Assembly (NCBI GenBank): GCA_030704615.1
Contig: CM060731.1
Span: 48,174,001 to 48,238,000 of the forward strand
Reading direction: 5' to 3'
Length of the DNA: 64,000 nucleotides
Source: Takakia lepidozioides
Taxonomy: Eukaryota; Plantae; Bryophyta
A program made the translations under genes and the position numbers. The notes below the pieces were generated by a model. That model worked only from the letters and a program-made list of their open reading frames with translations. It did no database searches and had not been told where the DNA came from. Positions 27,539 through 37,743 of this stretch are shown here, one piece after another. Within the stretch, counting starts at the first letter, position 1, and each line of letters begins with the position of its first letter.

Positions 27539-28376
27539 TTAGGGGGGGGGCATTGGGCGGGAGATAGATGATCCCCGTCTCCCTGGGCTTGGGATTCGTT
27601 TTGTGAAGGGATTTGAAGGTTCGTCCCGGCTAGAAGCGTGTTGGGAGTCGAGGCATGTAGGAAGTAGTCATAAACAAAGACTTGGAAGGCAATTACGATT
27701 AAAGACGTAGAAAACCCATAAACAAAACGTAGGACTAGGATACGCAAATCGCCATGTGAAGTGGAGTTGTTAAGCTTTGCTTTACCGGTAGGAAGTTAGA
27801 CTATTTAGATCCGTGTAGAATAATAGAAAATTCTTTGTGGAGTAGCATTTAGAATTGGAGTGCAAATGAACAAGAATTGGATGTGAAATTGCACTATGGG
27901 GTTTGATAATTTGATAGAATTGGGTAGGATGCTAGAACGGAAGTAAATTCAGATAATGAGGATGATAATTGGTAGGAATGGGGTTATTAGGATAGATGTT
28001 AGCCCATTGAATCAGTGCTAGGTAGTTATGGTAGTTAAAGTAGGACAATATGAGTTCCGCTGAATCGATGTATTCATGGTCATTCGAGCGAGAGTGCCGA
28101 GGCCCTAGCACAAAAGATGCTAGTTTGTCGTTTTCAGTAGCTTAAGTAAGAGATAAGATGAATATGAGTAGTGTGATGAGACAAAGATCTGATGAAAGAC
28201 TCTGTAAGCTTCATGTTAATGTGATGAGATGTTGGAGTTTAATGGGAAGAATTTTGTGTGAAAGAAAAAGATGAGGATTATTTGATGAAGTGTGCAGATC
28301 AATACGAGAGGAATTTAATTGAGATGAATATTAAGACATTTATTGTTGAGAGACAATTAGATTTAGATATAGAGTT

Positions 28377-28461
28377 TGTCGTGCGCATACGTATCGCTAC
28401 ACAACTACATCGCTGTCCAAACCACACCACACATATATGCACAATAAAGTAGTCTGCCACA
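28377..28461 (-). repeat. Terminal repeat Y, copy 2 (85 bp, 3' terminus of element)
   Basis: Minus strand TGTGGCAG...GCACGACA; 2 mismatches to 28813-28897. Confidence 0.95.
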
Positions 28462-28462
28462 A

Positions 28463-28810
28463 TGATAAGAAAGAACTAAACTCCAATAACAAGAGAAACA
28501 CAAACCAACACCATCACTCTTTAAAATAGAAGTCGAGCCAGGGGCACCCCAAGCTATGGGGACTCCACCCCACAACAACCTATCCTCCCATCATAAACAC
28601 ACTCAGTTCTAAACGCATGCAGGAGCTCGGTCGCGCAGGCTCAACTCGAGAGAGATGAGCTGCGCGACTGACGCTCTCGTGAAGATAAGACGGTTCAGGT
28701 GTCAAACTAAACTTGACACCTGATTTAACACTTCACCTAAATCCAAGTGTTAAATACAAATAACTAGCTTTATTCTAGTTAGTTTCACACTGTGCTTATT
28801 TAACTTGACA
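28463..28810 (-). repeat. Terminal repeat X, internal copy (348 bp)
   Basis: Minus strand TGTCAAGTT...CTTATCA; about 4 mismatches to 44205-44552. Confidence 0.95.
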
Positions 28811-28812
28811 GC

Positions 28813-28897
28813 TGTCGTGCGCATACGTATCGCTACACAACTACATCGTTGTCCAAACCACACCACACATATATGCACAATAAAATAGTCTGCCACA
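28813..28897 (-). repeat. Terminal repeat Y, copy 1 (85 bp), directly after the PPT
   Basis: Joined to X through the palindrome gacagctgtc (28807-28816). Confidence 0.95.
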
Positions 28898-28908
28898 ATC
28901 GCCCCCCT
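28898..28908 (-). promoter_or_regulatory. Polypurine tract (plus-strand primer)
   Basis: Minus strand AGGGGGGCGAT immediately before the TG of repeat Y, downstream of the integrase ORF. Confidence 0.8.
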
Positions 28909-29156
28909 AGCTCGTGGATAGGTCCCTCTAACTCCAGATAGCTACAAGATGTAATAGCCACAGCCGTACTAAGTCCTCTATCACTGTCCCTATTGTACTC
29001 AAACTCTATTGACCAAGAGGCCGGGTACAAGAGTAGCCCCATCGTTAGTCGCCGTCTTGCAATCTGTGAACTTGAGCCAGGACCTCGTGTATTCAAGGTC
29101 TCCTGTAGCTTGGCCTTGCATTTCTTGTTAGCCTTCCATGGTTATATCCACTCCCA

Positions 29157-32100
29157 CTATCCAATGCAATGTGGACATAACCAATCCCCATCCGGAACCA
29201 TCTCAAGAGGTGGAGTCAAGCATCACATATGCCAACCTCTAGAGCATCGATCACACACCAGCATGGTGGCTACCCCTTTAGCAGACCCACACAACATGCA
29301 CCTCAAACTTGCAGATATCACTGCCAGGTTTGGGTCAATCCTGCCATCAACATTCGGAAGGTGACATGGCGCACAATTACGCACATGGTCCTTCCAAGTT
29401 ATGTCATCCCGACCCTCCAAGACCAAGACGCCTGAGGGCAAGACCTCTCGAACCCTGAAAATAACACGTCCTGCAGTCACATCCAAGGTTGTAGGAGCAG
29501 TCTGCTGCAGATAGACATAGTCACCAGGGTTGAATCTCCGAACCCCAGGACGATAGCCCCCACCACGTATGGTAGCATACCTCAACGTATCACGGTGTTG
29601 TGCAATGACAAGGTTCTCGAAAGCCATGTGCATGACTTTCTTGAACAACTCTGCACGCTGCTCACATGCACGTGCCCACACGTCCGGATCGTCAAGGTTA
29701 AGAACTGTAGCAGCTTCTCTGCGAATGGATGTAGGCAAATCCGGCTCTCGGCCAAAGAGAAGAAAGTATGGTGAGAAGGAGGCAAGTGATGCTTGCTTGC
29801 TGAACCTGTAGCCCATGGCTAACCAGGGTAACTGAAGGTCCCAATCTCCTAGGTGTCCCTTCTGCAAGCCATACTTGCGCAAACCTGTTTGAACAACTCT
29901 CTCTGCCAAGCCATCGGCCTCAGGATGATCCCGAGAAGCGGTGCGGTGGTCTATCAAGGCCTTGTCACACAAAGCCTGAAACTCCCCCAAGAACTCTCTC
30001 CCTTGGTCTGTGAGTACCTTAGCTGGAGCACCGAATCGGCTAAGCACACAATCCAAGAATGCATACGCAGCTCCCTCACTAGCCTTATCAGGCAATGGAA
30101 CCAATTCAATCCACTTGGAGAAGTGCTCCACCATCACCAACACGTACTTGTTGTGGCGCATGGTCAGTGGCAACGGCCCTGCGAAGTCAAGACTCCACCT
30201 GTAGCCCAATCCCATGATCGGAAGAGGGTGCAATTGTGGAGTAGGGGCGTTGAATGAAGCACGCACCCTGTCACACACCATGCACCTAGCCACAAATTGT
30301 TGCACCTCTGTGTGCATACCACGCCACCAATACTGCCCCTGCAGTAGGCTATGAGTGCGTCGCACCCCAAAATGCCCCAACTCCTCGTGGGCATGCCGCA
30401 CTAACCGTGCCCGCTGTGTTGGGTGAGGCACAATCCTCACTCGACCATCCTCCCACACTCGGAGCAGGTGTGTCCCCTCCCACTTGAACCTCTTGGCTCG
30501 TTGTAGGATCCGATCCCTCTCCTTGGCAGTCACAGTGGCTGCAGTGTCTCCAGTGCGGAGGTAGTCCAACACAACTGAATCCTCATGTATATCTTTGGCG
30601 CCACCTTGCTCATTGCTGGCCTCAGGGTCCTCAGACACTTGATCTACAGTCATCCCTGTTGCAGGTCCAACCTGGCCTTCCGCTGCCAAGATACACAGAA
30701 ATGCAGATGCATGCCATCCGGGCACCATCTCCTCGTCCGTCTCACCATGCCACCGAGCTCCAGTGTCATCCTGCTGGCTCGTGCATGGATTGCGACTCAA
30801 CCCATCTGCATTGCGATTGACCAAACCCGGTCGATGCACCACCTGAAAGTCATACTCTTGAAGGATGAGTGCCCACCGTGCAAGCTTCCCCGTAAGCTTG
30901 TCTGACTCCATCAACCACTTGAGTGGTTGGTGATCCGTGACAAGGGTGAAGAGATTGCCGTATAGATAGCACCTGAAGTGTGCCACGGCCCACACTGCAG
31001 CTAAGCATTCTCCCTCATATGAGCTATACTTAGACTCTGCAGCGTTGTTCGAGCGGCTAGCATAAGCCACTACGAACTCTCTTCCCTCATCATCCACCTG
31101 TGTGAGCACCGCTCCAAGCCCCAGCATGCTCCAATCTGTATGCAGCTGAAAAGGACGCCCCCTGATAGGTCGTCTCAAGATGGGCGCCGAGGTCAACCTC
31201 GCCTTGAGCTCTTGAAAAGCTTGTTCTTGCTCATCTTCCCACTGCCACTCCTGGTCCACCTTGGTCAGCTTGGTTAGAGCCTTTGCAATGGCACTAAATC
31301 CCTTAACAAACCGTCTATAATAGTTTGCTAACCCCATGAAAGCTCGAACTCGGCTCACATCCGTGGGGCGTGGAACCTGTGCAATGGACTCTACCTTAGT
31401 CTGCTGTACCCCCAATCCTCCAGGATATATCATGTGACCCAGATACTCAATCTGGTTGTGGAAAAACTTGCACTTTCCCGGATGTAACTTCAATCCGTGC
31501 GCCCTCAAGCGCTCAAATACCCCCTGAAGGTGTCTCTCATGCTCCTCCACCGTAGCACTAAAGATGATGATGTCATCTATGTAGCACCGAGCAAACTCCA
31601 CCCCTGCTAGAATCCTGTCCATGACTCTTTGAAACTCAGCGGGAGCGTTTTTAAGCCCAAATGGTAAGAACCGCCACTGGTATAGGCAATCCTTCCCGTG
31701 CTCATTGATCCCCCAGAATGCCGTCTTTTGCTTATCCGCCTCCTTGATCGGCAACTGGTGATATCCGGATCGTAAATCCAACGTGCTAAAGACCTTGGAA
31801 TGCCCAATGGCATCAAAGATCTCCTCTGGTGTCGGCATGGCATACCTATCGGACTTGGTCTGACGATTTACAGGCCGGTAATCACCGCACATACGTCTCT
31901 CCGTCCAATTGCCATAGACATCCTTCTTGGCTGGCATCACTGTGGCTGAAGCATACTCTCCACCAGAGAGCTCCACCAAACCTGCCTCCCAGAGATCTTG
32001 AGTCCTCATCTGAATCAAAGACCTCTCCATGTCACTGTATCTATAGGGTCTCCGAAAGATTGGCGTGTCAGTGGCCAACTCAATACGGATCTCTTGACCC

Positions 32101-32282
32101 TTCAGTGCTCCCAAGTCCTTCAAACTAAAGACAAAGCAATTCCTGTAAGCCCTCAGGAACCGCCGTATACGTGGTCTCTCTCCTCCGGTGACAATGGGTC
32201 CAATGTCAGGCTCCCAATTGTCCTCTATAACTGCAACCTTAAGTCCAGTGGGCTTAGAGGTAGAGGACGCGTCCCGTGGTTG
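29157..32282 (-). CDS. Gypsy Pol: reverse transcriptase, RNase H, DDE integrase, C-terminal PHD finger (one premature TGA inside the PHD)
   Basis: RT (LDLRSGYHQ, LPFGLKNAP, YIDD), RNase H (HTDWS, TDHQPL, ADGLSR), integrase HHCC plus SLDF/TDQG/AERVV. Reading through TGA at 29223 gives CMLC...CDRCSRGWHM*CLTPPLEMVPDGDWLCPHCIG*. 32124-32282 is open and in frame with the DNMT ORF. Confidence 0.95.
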
Positions 32283-34493
32283 CTATGCCGCAACCTCTTG
32301 AGCAGTACTCCCTGCCTGCTCATTCAATGACAAGGCCTCATCCTGCCCCATCATCTCATCATTGAGGACCTCATCAACCCGAGAAGAATCCCCAACCTCA
32401 TCCATCACAGCTGCATTGGCTGCCAACTCCCTCTGAACCTCGAGCACCTCCCACGTGTGCCATGGATGTCTACACCCCGTGGTCCTCACCAGCTCGCCCC
32501 CACTCGCTGCCTGTACCGTCTCGGTAGGCAGAGAGACCGTCAAGGGAAGTGCACTCCGCACTCTACGTTGCTCAGCCATAGCCAAGCTGATAATCCAGGT
32601 CAAGCAATTGAGATCCATTGCTTGCCCCAACACCTGACGACGTGATGCCTCAGAAAGAGAAGGCACTGCCGTGGTCCCAGTGGAAAACCCCATAGCCCGC
32701 TCTCGCTCGTCGGCATTAGGCTCCACTAACTGCTGCAACTGAGCATCCCATAGGAGGCCAGGTCCACCATCCCGAAAAGCATGGGATCCTGGGAAGCTGA
32801 GCAGTGTAGGTAATGCTGCTCGTGGTTGACCCACCCTGTTGACCACTGCCAAAGGCGAACGGTCATCGTGTCTCACACGTTGAGACTGTCTCCCTGTGTC
32901 CAAAATGCCATCCACGGTGAGGTGTGCTGACCGCTGCACCCCATCAAATGCACGCTTGAGTAGTGCGGGTGGCATCAAGTTAGTCCACCAAAGCCGTGGA
33001 CGATGAGCCCGTGACCCCACTGCGGCTACATCCAGCAACACTGCTGACCCAAGCCACGACCGGACTTGATGCACACTGGCCATCACCCTGGCCCGAGAAT
33101 CACCCATCAGTGGCACATTCTCCAAGATGTATGCTGGAGATACAGCTTGATGAAGTTGCAAGTAGCGCAAAATCCGCACCATCTCCCAAAACAGACCCGT
33201 CCTCGAGTCTCGCAATCCATTGCCATGCCCAGCTGATGAATGCCCTTGGCAGGGCCAACCTGCCACTACCAGATCAATGGAGCCAACCTGCTCCAAATCT
33301 TGCGCCCCCAGCAAGGAAATGTCTGCTGGCAAGGCTTGTTGGTATCCACGAACTGCAGACACTGGCAACAAAGCAGGGTACTGCTGTACCAACTGAGCAA
33401 CATGGCGCAGTGAGACGCGTCGTGCAGTCTCATCCCTCTCCACATACAGGTAACGCCTTACCCGCACACCTGCCTGTAGCACAGCAGCCAATCCGGTGCT
33501 GATCCCGCCAAACAAGTCCAGAAGGCAAATGCCTTCATCCGGATACTGCCACACAATAGGTGTGGTATCCAATGGTGACAACTGAGGTGGTCCTGGTGCA
33601 ATATCCGCACTCTCCTCCTCTCCTGACGGTACAAAAGCCTCTACCCAGGCTTGTTGCACCCGTCGATCAGCAACCTGCTGCAAATCCTTGCTCGTACCCC
33701 ACAATGGAGTGTGAGCAACCATGGCAGGCAACTCCGCCATACCATGCATGTCATCCTGCTCTGCTGGAGGTGACACATCTTCTGCATGGGCATTGCCTTC
33801 CAGCAACTCTCCAGGCCAACTAACTGCAGCTGTAAAGGCGGCTAGTGTTGGCATCTTGCCCCGTTGGGCAGCCGCAATACCCCCAATGAATGTCACAGGG
33901 AGCTGTGCACGACGACCATCCCCTGACTGCCATCCAGGCCTGTAGAATGCTGACTCCTCCCAAAAGTCCAGGGTGAAGCCCATGGGGTATAACACTGCCC
34001 CACCAACCAGGACATCGTAAGAGACCGCGTCTGTCACAATGGCCTTGGCTCGCATCACTGAGCCATCTGTAGGGTGATCCGGCTGCAGTCTAATGGCCAA
34101 CTGATGTCGTGTCATGCCCCGAGCCTGCTCTGATCCTCCCAGAGATGTCTGTATCTGGAAAGGACAAGGCTCCATATCCGCCTCCATGAGGCCCAAACCT
34201 GCAATAGCAGCTCTGCCCAACATCAGTGGCTGAGCTCCCGAGTCCAACAAGACCCGCTGTGGCCGGTACTTCTTGCCTGCCGGTCCACTCAAAGAGAAAA
34301 TGCCATCCTCTAACAAGACAACTCCAGGTGTCACCATGGCGCGCTCAAAGGCTGGCCTAGCTGGCAGCTCCGTAAACCTGCTGCAGCTTGCCAGGGCGCA
34401 GCCGTGGCAGTCTTGACCCTCAAATCCGAGGATCCCTCTGCCACTACACCTTCCACTAACTCCGCAGAAGATGAAGTGACCTCCCACTCTCAC
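32283..34493 (-). CDS. Aspartic protease followed by DNMT3-like C5 cytosine DNA methyltransferase domain (~32590-33533), N-terminal part of Pol
   Basis: Protease LLDSGA (34236-34244) and DVLVG. MTase motifs I LDLFGGI, II YVERD, IV AGWPCQG, VI LENVP, VIII HRPRLWWTN, IX ERERAMGF, X QVLGQAM, in canonical order. Confidence 0.95.
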   Translation of the reverse strand: MRVGGHFIFCGVSGRCSGRGILGFEGQDCHGCALASCSRFTELPARPAFERAMVTPGVVLLEDGIFSLSGPAGKKYRPQRVLLDSGAQPLMLGRAAIAGLGLMEADMEPCPFQIQTSLGGSEQARGMTRHQLAIRLQPDHPTDGSVMRAKAIVTDAVSYDVLVGGAVLYPMGFTLDFWEESAFYRPGWQSGDGRRAQLPVTFIGGIAAAQRGKMPTLAAFTAAVSWPGELLEGNAHAEDVSPPAEQDDMHGMAELPAMVAHTPLWGTSKDLQQVADRRVQQAWVEAFVPSGEEESADIAPGPPQLSPLDTTPIVWQYPDEGICLLDLFGGISTGLAAVLQAGVRVRRYLYVERDETARRVSLRHVAQLVQQYPALLPVSAVRGYQQALPADISLLGAQDLEQVGSIDLVVAGWPCQGHSSAGHGNGLRDSRTGLFWEMVRILRYLQLHQAVSPAYILENVPLMGDSRARVMASVHQVRSWLGSAVLLDVAAVGSRAHRPRLWWTNLMPPALLKRAFDGVQRSAHLTVDGILDTGRQSQRVRHDDRSPLAVVNRVGQPRAALPTLLSFPGSHAFRDGGPGLLWDAQLQQLVEPNADERERAMGFSTGTTAVPSLSEASRRQVLGQAMDLNCLTWIISLAMAEQRRVRSALPLTVSLPTETVQAASGGELVRTTGCRHPWHTWEVLEVQRELAANAAVMDEVGDSSRVDEVLNDEMMGQDEALSLNEQAGSTAQEVAA

Positions 34494-36474
34494 AGAGTGT
34501 TGCTGCTAGTCTGAACACTGCAGCTGGTCTTACCCCCGGCGTCGCAATCATGGTTGCCGAGAACAGTGGGGCTTGACACACAGAGGTGGCTGCCCCCAAT
34601 AACACACCGGCTGCACTAGCCTTGGTAGCAGGTGTCAGTGCTGCACGTGTAGCTCTCCCCAATGGCATAGAAACCTCCGCCTCGGTAACAGTCGGGCGAG
34701 AACTAGGTGCCATGGATGGCGTTGACACTGTCTCCGCCAAGGTGAATGACTGAGGCAGCCTCGCTTGACGGCTTGCCTCCCCACGTTGTGGATCCAACTC
34801 CACCTCTGCACCTCGTGGCTCAGGAACTTGTGCTGCTCCTCGAGTCACGGCTGCAGCAGACTCCACCTGCTCTAGTGGTAGTGCTGCTCCGCACATGAAT
34901 CCCATGCCTCCCATATCTCCTCCCTCAGGAGCAGGAGGTGGACCATCCCGCCTGGGAGCCGGTACCGCCTGAGCTATAGCCATGGCAGCGAGCCTCTGCT
35001 CTAGCTGCTGAAGCCGATTGGCCATGCCTTGGTCAACACCCTGACCTCCGCGTCCTTGGCCATGTGGAGCTTGCCCTTGGCCTGCACCTCGTGCCCGACC
35101 ACCTCGTCCTCTCTGGGCTGGTCCACCTCGCCCCCGGCCACCATTATTCCCTTGGAACTGGCCTGGGCGCAACTCAGGATGCAAGTCATAACACTGGGCA
35201 TCTCCATGCCCATACTTGCCACAATGCCCACACTGCAATTGTGCAGGCTGTGCTTGTGCCGGCCTTTTGCCACTCTCTGGGCAATCTCTCTTGACATGGG
35301 GTCCTCCACATGTCCAACATATCACCCCTGGTTGCTGTTGGCTTGCAAAAGATGCCACGGGCCTCTGCACCTGAGGTCCCCTGTAAGCTCCATGGAACTT
35401 GGGCTGGGCAACCTTGCCCCCCTGACCACGCTATTGGGCAGCCCCTTGTGCCTGTGGGCTGACGGCTGTGCCCCGTGCAGGCATGTCCTTGCCAAATCCA
35501 ATTGTAACAACTCGCTCCTCCACCATGTTGAGCTCAATCCGCTCAGCCAGCAGAAACACATCTGCTAATGTGGGTTGGGCTGCTTGTAACAGGGTTGCAT
35601 CTCGCACCCTTCTCTTGAGCTCCTTGTCCAGAATTCCATACCAAAACTGGATTGCCTGAGCTTCAGTAACCCCTTGGGTCACACTTATCAAGCGCCTCAT
35701 ACGAGTGTACGCCTCTCGCAGGCTCTCACTGGGTTTGCGCTGGAAGTCTTGCAAACTTCGCAGCTTCTCTGTCCGTACACCTTGGTAGTTCCTCCGCAAC
35801 TCCTGGAAGAACTCCACCACCAGGTTGAATCTAGGCACATGTGTTGTAGTCGTGGCAGGAGGAGTAGTAGCACCTTTTGAACTGGTACCACCTGCAGAAG
35901 TACCAGCACTACTTGCTCCACTACTAGTGCTGGCAATGGGAGCTACTGGTACTGATGCAGCTACTGGTCGCGTCGTGCCTCGAGTAATGAAGACGTAGTC
36001 AGGTGACCAATACATCCTCCACTCCTCAATCTCTGCTTCATGTCCTCGCCTGAACTCGTGGTAATCGTCCATAGGCGGGCCTTCCAAATGCTGAAACAGT
36101 CCCTTCCACGCCATGAATGGGGTGAATAGCTGTGGATTGCGCATCTGCTGCAAATCACACCAGCTGTCAAACTCCTGGATAAAGTCATCCAACTCGATTG
36201 TGCCCACAGCTCCAGAGTACCTACGAGGCCCCTTGGTAGCTCCATACATCTCCTCGATGTCGTCCCACAACAATGGCGAATGAAACTGCACACCTGTTGA
36301 TGAAGCCTCCGAGTTTGTGTCTGACTCTACAGTAATTGAGGGTGGCGGTGAAGGTGGTCTGAACCGAATACCTCGTCTTGTGAACCCACTCTCACTGTTA
36401 CTGCCTGTAGCCGTACTCCCCTCAAAACCCTTGGGTAACTCCGTAATGACACTCACAATGTGCACCTCCTCCAC
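34456..36474 (-). CDS. Gag with two zinc knuckles (one CAG>TAG stop at 35431-35433)
   Basis: Capsid-like FQRKPSESLREAYTRM...QFWYGIL; CWTCGGPHVKRDC and CGHCGKYGHGDAQC; RGG-rich tail. The two track ORFs are in frame, and the second gag copy has CAG at the stop position. Confidence 0.9.
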
Positions 36475-36993
36475 GTGACACTATAAGGCTCTAGTACTAA
36501 TCTAATAGTGACACGGGTGGGCACCTGTTGCAGTTTAAGGGTCATATCCCAATGGCTCAGGGCACCTGCACCTGCATCCACCGCAAGAACTCCTATGGTT
36601 GGCTGGTCATCAACCCAGCCTCACCATAGAAGAAACACTGGTGGTCTTGCTGGTCATCACTCCAGCCTCACCACCGACAGCATACTCTAGGATTGACCGG
36701 TGATCAAATCCGGCCTAATCCCTATGAAAGCAAGCGCCCACACAAAACCAACATGGTGCACAGTCAAGCATGCAGGTGTTGGGGGGGATCCAAACACAAG
36801 AAATCAAAACATCAACACCCCCACACCAAAATCCAGCTGCAATGCTGATCCTGCAGAATAGCCCAGCCCAAAACCCCGGACTGACTGGCCTCCACCAAGA
36901 GAGGCTTTGGCAACTACAAGTACAAAGTAATGAAAATAGTAAAGAGATGGAGGGGAAGAATAGAAGCCCGACCAAGCAAGATCTAATCCTGAT

Positions 36994-37743
36994 CTATGCT
37001 ATCAACTGCCAGACTTCTCTCAAAGTGCCTCGCTCTGCATGATGGTAAGGTATAGGAGGTATATCTATGTCCAGAAACCTGCCACTAACCTTGTCCCAAG
37101 CTACAGTAGCTCGCTCTAACCAACCCTCCTCCTCTTTCTGCCAGGTAGAGACAAAGCAATACTCCCCTATCTCCCGCTCACTGAATACTAAAGAAAACAA
37201 AGGTAGGGTCTGATAGTCTCTCAACTCAAAAGCTTTGAGACGGTTGCGGGTGTCCTCATTGCGAATGACTGCATCTCCTTCACGCACAACAAACATGTCA
37301 TTGCTGATGAACCCCCGCTCGTGGTTGCCCTGTACAGAGCGTATACGGCTGCAACCATGTCTGATTGCACAAACTTGTGTAGCTCCTGCTCCTCTGCTCC
37401 AGTACACCACGGCCTTGTGGCTGAACACCTTGGTCCCCGGGGCTGTCTTTGGCTGTGTTCCAAGCCTAGCTTTCACCCACTTTGGTATTTCACCTACAGC
37501 TGCAGAACTGCTGGCTCCAACAGAGTTCTGACTGTCCAAGGCGATATTGAGGCCCTCAACGCCAACTACAACAGTTTGTTGTCCAATACTAATGCCTGAC
37601 TCCCAGTATGCAATCAACTCGTCCAACTGTTCTCCACTCAAATCAGTCTGAGTTCCTTGGGAAACATAAATCTTGTCCCCTTTGGTGCACAGGCTAAGAG
37701 AAGAGACTTGCCCTTCAATCACGTCATCATTTCCCCCAGCCAT
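36994..37743 (-). CDS. Extra 249-aa ORF upstream of gag, unknown function
   Basis: ATG-initiated, uninterrupted, same strand as gag, globular-looking composition. It lies in a ~1.05-kb block absent from the second leader copy. Confidence 0.55.
   Translation of the reverse strand: MAGGNDDVIEGQVSSLSLCTKGDKIYVSQGTQTDLSGEQLDELIAYWESGISIGQQTVVVGVEGLNIALDSQNSVGASSSAAVGEIPKWVKARLGTQPKTAPGTKVFSHKAVVYWSRGAGATQVCAIRHGCSRIRSVQGNHERGFISNDMFVVREGDAVIRNEDTRNRLKAFELRDYQTLPLFSLVFSEREIGEYCFVSTWQKEEEGWLERATVAWDKVSGRFLDIDIPPIPYHHAERGTLREVWQLIA

Noticed and set aside
32283-34493. Host DRM/DNMT3 gene or bacterial restriction-modification contamination
   Set aside because: Intronless, in frame between retroviral-type protease and RT, no UBA domains or DRM motif rearrangement, no partner nuclease, and flanked by plant sequence.
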